A stretch of DNA of 45,123 bases from assembly GCA_964611355.1 (NCBI GenBank), contig CAZSYD010000016.1:1-45123 (forward strand). The letters run 5' to 3'. Each line of letters begins with the position of its first letter. Positions within the stretch are counted from its first letter, which is position 1. Made by a program: the position numbers and the translations under genes. The notes beneath the pieces are model-generated. The model was not told where the DNA came from. It worked only from the letters and a program-made list of their open reading frames with translations, and did not search any database. The DNA comes from an uncultured Ignavibacteriales bacterium. GTDB taxonomy: Bacteria > Zixibacteria > MSB-5A5 > GN15 > JAAZOE01. This document shows, one piece after another, positions 40,719 to 45,123 of this stretch.

Positions 40719-42707
40719 TTATCTCTCGTGGTCGGATTTCCCGCCTTTTGATAAAATCATTGTCTCCTCATGACTTGGATCCTGACTTTGTTCAGATTGT
40801 CTCCTGCCGTTTCGCCTTAGATGAAGAACTTTCAGAAGAGACCGTTTCGATTTGAGGATCGTGCTTATGGAACGATAAATGCCATCCTCGTCAAGGCCAA
40901 TTTCCTTCAAAAGCAACTGACGATTGCCGTGCGGAACAAAACGATCGGGCACCCCCAACCGTAGCACCCTGCCCCGGTAATCGACGTCATCCAGGTACCT
41001 CTGGACGCCGTCTCCAAGACCGCCGTTGACGCTGTTTTCTTCAACGACAACCACCCGGTCAAACCGTTCCGCGATTTCGGAAAGAGCTTCCCCATCGAGC
41101 GGCTTGATAAAGCGGCCATTGATCACCGAGGCGTTTATACCCTCTTCTTTGAGACGCTCAACCACCTTGCAACAGGGAACGACCATGGAGCCGGTGGCTA
41201 TAATCGCCAGGTCTTCCCCGCCAATAACAACATCCCAACGGCCCCATTCAAAATTGTTCCGGTAACGACCTTTTTCATACGGAATCGGCCCTCGCGGGTA
41301 ACGAATCGTAACCGGTCCTATCCGGTGCGCGACGGCAAATTCCATCATCAGTTCCAGTTCATCGCCGTCGCGAGGGGCGGCCACGGTCATATTTGGTATC
41401 AGGCGAAGATAACTAATATCGAAGGCTCCATGATGGGTCGGCCCGTCTTCCCCGACCAGACCGCCCCGATCAATACAGAAAAGAACCGGCAGCTTTTGAA
41501 GGGCAACGTCATGGATTATCTGGTCGAAAGCCCGTTGCAAAAACGTCGAATAGATGGCGCAGACCGGCCGCGCCCCGCCGGCCGCCATCCCAGCGGCGAA
41601 ACAAACGGCATGCTGTTCCGCTATGCCGACGTCATAAAAACGACCCGGGAATTTCTCGGCGAATTTGGTTAATCCCGTCCCCGGCGCCATGGCCGCCGTT
41701 ATCGCGACTAATTTCGGCTCACGCTCAGCCAGTTCCAAAATTTTATCTCCAAAGATAGAGGTATATGATGGGAGGCCGCTCGACTTATTCGATTCGCCGG
41801 TCACCTTGTTGAATGCCGAAATACCATGGAACCTGGTCGCATCCTTTTCCGCCGGCAGGTAACCTTTCCCCTTCCGGGTAATTACATGCAACAGGATAGG
41901 TCCGGTCAGCTCTTTTATCTGGCCCAGAGTCTTAATCAAAAGCGGCAGGTTGTGGCCGTCAATCGGCCCAAAATATCGAAACCCGAGTTTCTCGAAAATA
42001 ATACCCGGTACCAGCAATCCCTTGAGCTGTTTCTCAAAATGGGCAACTGTGGCCCTGATTTTTTCGGCCCTCTTAAGACGGCCGAGGAATCGCCAAACGT
42101 CGGCGCGCAGTTTATTATATGACTGGTCGGTCAGGATGTTAGTCAGATATTTCGACATGGCGCCGACATTGGGTGAAATTGACATAGAATTGTCATTAAG
42201 GATTACCAGCAAATCCCTTTTACGCCCCCCTGCGTTGTTCAGACCTTCAAAAGACAGCCCTCCGGTCAGCGCGCCATCGCCGATTATGGCAATGATATGA
42301 TTTTTCTTTCCCTGTAGATCACGGGCTTCGGCCAGGCCAAGCGCCGCCGAAATAGAGGTGGAAGCATGCCCGGCTCCAAACACATCGGACTCTGATTCGC
42401 TTCTTTTTGTAAATCCGGAAAGCCCCCCGTACTGCCTGAGGGTGTTAAACCTGTCTTTACGGCCCGTCAGCATCTTGTGAACATACGATTGGTGCGCGAC
42501 GTCCCAGACAATCTGGTCTTTAGGGCAGTCATATAGATAATGCAGGGCCAGCGTCAGTTCCACGACGCCGAGATTTGAAGCCAGGTGCCCGCCGGATTTA
42601 CTGACCATTGAAATTACCTCAACTCGCAGTTCGTCGGCCAGCCGGGACAATTCTTCCATCGTCAATTCTTTCAGGTCGGCGGAGGTGTCTATTTTGTCCA
42701 GAATCAT
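40719..42707 (-). CDS. dxs: 1-deoxy-D-xylulose-5-phosphate synthase
   Basis: GGHLASNLGVVEL, GDGALTGG..FEGLNN, GIAEQHAV and GEDGPTHHG; start may be 42722. Confidence 0.97.
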   Translation of the reverse strand: MILDKIDTSADLKELTMEELSRLADELRVEVISMVSKSGGHLASNLGVVELTLALHYLYDCPKDQIVWDVAHQSYVHKMLTGRKDRFNTLRQYGGLSGFTKRSESESDVFGAGHASTSISAALGLAEARDLQGKKNHIIAIIGDGALTGGLSFEGLNNAGGRKRDLLVILNDNSMSISPNVGAMSKYLTNILTDQSYNKLRADVWRFLGRLKRAEKIRATVAHFEKQLKGLLVPGIIFEKLGFRYFGPIDGHNLPLLIKTLGQIKELTGPILLHVITRKGKGYLPAEKDATRFHGISAFNKVTGESNKSSGLPSYTSIFGDKILELAEREPKLVAITAAMAPGTGLTKFAEKFPGRFYDVGIAEQHAVCFAAGMAAGGARPVCAIYSTFLQRAFDQIIHDVALQKLPVLFCIDRGGLVGEDGPTHHGAFDISYLRLIPNMTVAAPRDGDELELMMEFAVAHRIGPVTIRYPRGPIPYEKGRYRNNFEWGRWDVVIGGEDLAIIATGSMVVPCCKVVERLKEEGINASVINGRFIKPLDGEALSEIAERFDRVVVVEENSVNGGLGDGVQRYLDDVDYRGRVLRLGVPDRFVPHGNRQLLLKEIGLDEDGIYRSISTILKSKRSLLKVLHLRRNGRRQSEQSQDPSHEETMILSKGGKSDHER

Positions 42708-42724
42708 ATACCCATACCTCATCC

Positions 42725-43606
42725 TCAATTTTGTCGGTTGCCTATATACCGTGCTATCTGAATAAGGTTTTCAGGCTGCGGTATGATTTGCCCGATTACT
42801 TCGATAGCTTCCGAAATCAGCTTATCAGCCATTTCCCGGGAAAGTTCCAATCCGATTACAGCAGGAAAAGTAGCCTTCCGGTTTTTTGAGTCGGAACCAA
42901 TCGGTTTTCCCAGGGTCTCGACGTCCCCTTCAATATCCAGAATATCGTCGATTATCTGAAAGGCCAGGCCAATTTTTTCGCCGTAACCGGAAATAATCTT
43001 GAATTCGTCATCAGGAGCACCGGCTAAAATCGCTCCGATCCTGACCGACGCACAGATAAGCCTGCCGGTTTTATGCTTGTGAATGAAAACAACTTCATCG
43101 AGCGATATTTCCCGCCCTTCAGCCTCCATATCGGCCATCTGACCGGCCAGCATACCTTTCGTTCCGATAGCTTCGGTCAGTTCCAGAACCGCCTTCGAAC
43201 TGCCGGTACGGGCCATAAGATTAAAGGCGAGGTCATGAAGAGCGTCTCCGGCCAGAAGAGCGATCGCTTCGCCGAACTTTTTGTGACAGGTCGGCTTGCC
43301 GCGTCGAAGATCGTCATCGTCCATGCAGGGAAGATCGTCATGAATAAGCGAATAAGTATGAATCAATTCCAGAGCCACCGCCGCCGGATAAATCACATCA
43401 CCCTCCCCACCGCAGGTCTCAAAGGCGGCCAGAGTTAGAATCGGCCGCAACCGTTTCCCTCCGGCCATGACCGAATAACGGACAGCGGCATGCAGCTTTT
43501 CCGGACACTGGTCCGGAGAAGGGAGATAAGAATCTATATAACGATCAGTTACCTGCCGTTTTTCAACCACATAGGCCGGAGTCGCTATTCGGACAGACTT
43601 ATTCAT
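42725..43606 (-). CDS. ispA: Farnesyl/geranylgeranyl diphosphate synthase
   Basis: GGKRLRP, SLIHDDLPCMDDDDLRRGKPT, FQIIDDILD and GKPIGSD. Confidence 0.93.
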   Translation of the reverse strand: MNKSVRIATPAYVVEKRQVTDRYIDSYLPSPDQCPEKLHAAVRYSVMAGGKRLRPILTLAAFETCGGEGDVIYPAAVALELIHTYSLIHDDLPCMDDDDLRRGKPTCHKKFGEAIALLAGDALHDLAFNLMARTGSSKAVLELTEAIGTKGMLAGQMADMEAEGREISLDEVVFIHKHKTGRLICASVRIGAILAGAPDDEFKIISGYGEKIGLAFQIIDDILDIEGDVETLGKPIGSDSKNRKATFPAVIGLELSREMADKLISEAIEVIGQIIPQPENLIQIARYIGNRQN

Positions 43607-43844
43607 TCTCTTCGTCTCCGGCGATTTTTTCCAGTTTGAACTTATCGGCCATCTTTGACAGCTTAGCTATCTGTCCCTCCGCTTCGGTCAGTTTCCGGTT
43701 GCAGATATCGGCGATTGTGACGCCTTCGGTATAAAGGGCAATTGACTCTTCCAGCGATGACTCGCCCGATTCAAGAATCCCGACGATCTCTTCCAGCCGC
43801 TTTATGGCGCTTTCAAAATCCTTATACTCTTTTTTCTCCGCCAT
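43599..43844 (-). CDS. xseB: Exodeoxyribonuclease VII small subunit
   Basis: FESAIKRLEEIV..LESGE.SLEESIALY.EG; synteny. Confidence 0.95.
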   Translation of the reverse strand: MAEKKEYKDFESAIKRLEEIVGILESGESSLEESIALYTEGVTIADICNRKLTEAEGQIAKLSKMADKFKLEKIAGDEENE

Positions 43845-43847
43845 TAT

Positions 43848-45065
43848 TCACTTCTTTTTCTCATCAAACCGGTCAACCGTTGAAATAAAAGAACCGTCTT
43901 TAAGAACCGTTTCAATCTTCCCACCAGCTTTGATTTCATTTACCGATTTTAAAACCCTGCGTTGCGGCAGACTTCGGCTTACCGAATACCCCCGGGCCAG
44001 AACCGCCAGAGGAGAAAGCGCCTCCAGCCGGGAAAAGTTCAAGGCCGCCGCCTTTCGGAAGGTATCAAACCGCCTCTCCGATAGCAAGTGCAAAAGTCGC
44101 ACCTGATTATCAAGATATTGATAGCGGTTTTCAAGCATCGCTTCCGGTCTGGCCAGAACCGGCGAACGGACCAGACCGAGAAGTTGCTGTCTATTATCCC
44201 GGAAATTTATGTGCGCAGCTTTTTCGATATCTCGCAGGCAGCCATATATACCGGCCTGAAAATCATCCAACAGCCAGGCCGCCATTTCGGCCGCCATCGA
44301 CGGCGTCGCCGCCGAATAATCGGCCGCCAGATCAGTCAAAGTAATATCGACTTCGTGACCGACCGCCGAGATAACCGGAATTGCTGAATCATAAACCGCC
44401 CGTACTACCCGCTCATCGTTGAAAGCCCAGAGGTCTTCCAGCGACCCGCCGCCGCGACCGATGATTATCAGGTCAACTTCTGCGTACTCATTAAGCCTTC
44501 TGATTCCTTCGACCAGTTGCGGCGCAGCGATATCTCCCTGAACCTCCGACGGCCATAGAATAATATCCAGTCTGGGATTTCGCCGCTTGACAATCCGAAT
44601 AATATCATGAATCACCGCTCCGGTCGGAGAAGTGACAATACCGATTCGCATCGGATAGGCCGGCAGTTCTTTTTTATGCGCCGGATCGAACAGACCTTCC
44701 TTTTCCAATTTCTCTTTAAGTTGCCGAAAAGCCAGCTCCAGTTCGCCCATACCTGCCGGCAACAACCGTTTTACCGAAAGTTGATACCGTCCGCCGCGTT
44801 CATAGATAGTCAGCGTTCCACTGGCTATGACTTTGAGGCCGTCTTTCGGCTCGAATCTCAACCCCACCGCATATGACCGCCACATGGCGCAGCTTAGCTG
44901 GCATTCGTCATCTTTGAGAGAAAAATATCGATGTCCCGAACCGTGATGATGATAATTAGAAATCTCCCCTTCCACCCAGAGGGAAGCAAACGATTCCTCC
45001 AGCGTATACCGCGCCATCCGATTGACGGCGGTGACTGTATAGACCTGTTCAGGCGTGTCCTGCAT
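43848..45065 (-). CDS. xseA: Exodeoxyribonuclease VII large subunit
   Basis: WVEGEISN..SGHRYFSLKD, GRGGGSLEDLWAFN, ISAVGHE.D and ATPSMAAE. Confidence 0.97.
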   Translation of the reverse strand: MQDTPEQVYTVTAVNRMARYTLEESFASLWVEGEISNYHHHGSGHRYFSLKDDECQLSCAMWRSYAVGLRFEPKDGLKVIASGTLTIYERGGRYQLSVKRLLPAGMGELELAFRQLKEKLEKEGLFDPAHKKELPAYPMRIGIVTSPTGAVIHDIIRIVKRRNPRLDIILWPSEVQGDIAAPQLVEGIRRLNEYAEVDLIIIGRGGGSLEDLWAFNDERVVRAVYDSAIPVISAVGHEVDITLTDLAADYSAATPSMAAEMAAWLLDDFQAGIYGCLRDIEKAAHINFRDNRQQLLGLVRSPVLARPEAMLENRYQYLDNQVRLLHLLSERRFDTFRKAAALNFSRLEALSPLAVLARGYSVSRSLPQRRVLKSVNEIKAGGKIETVLKDGSFISTVDRFDEKKK

Positions 45066-45123
45066 GAACCGATAATAAAAAGGCGGAAGAAAAAAAACAA
45101 TTAATTTTGTGGGCTACATACCC

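Noticed and set aside
1..45123. Alternative genetic code, stop readthrough, programmed frameshift or CRISPR array
   Set aside because: All conserved genes translate full length in code 11 using TAA, TAG and TGA as stops, tRNA-Trp has a CCA anticodon, and no regularly spaced short repeats were seen.

Overview
Housekeeping core of a bacterial chromosome, with every supported gene on the minus strand. In transcription order (right to left): xseA-xseB-ispA-dxs-nadK, tRNA-Gly, then an uninterrupted ~33 kb translation/transcription supercluster (tRNA-Thr-tuf-rpmG-tRNA-Trp-secE-nusG-rplKAJL-rpoBC-rpsLG-fusA-tuf-S10-spc-secY-adk-map-infA-rpmJ-rpsMKD-rpoA-rplQ) ending in an intrinsic terminator. After it come a membrane protein, a DUF6504-like gene broken by a scaffold gap, plsY-gpsA-merR, tRNA-Pro, a GT2 glycosyltransferase, surE, tRNA-Pro, a LOG-like gene, acyP, apt and tRNA-Arg. 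The RNA polymerase insertions, gene order and zinc-binding ribosomal proteins suggest an anaerobe of the FCB group or a similar lineage (weak inference). I found no mobile element, CRISPR array, intein or new multi-gene system. The best leads are subtle. The two apparently identical tuf copies have a strong G/T third-position bias that reverts in the last ~20 codons. A multi-stem RNA covers the start of a divergent str-operon fusA. There is also a structured rplL-rpoB spacer, basic tails on several ribosomal proteins, sigma28-like boxes upstream of tRNA genes, and a lone palindromic repeat.
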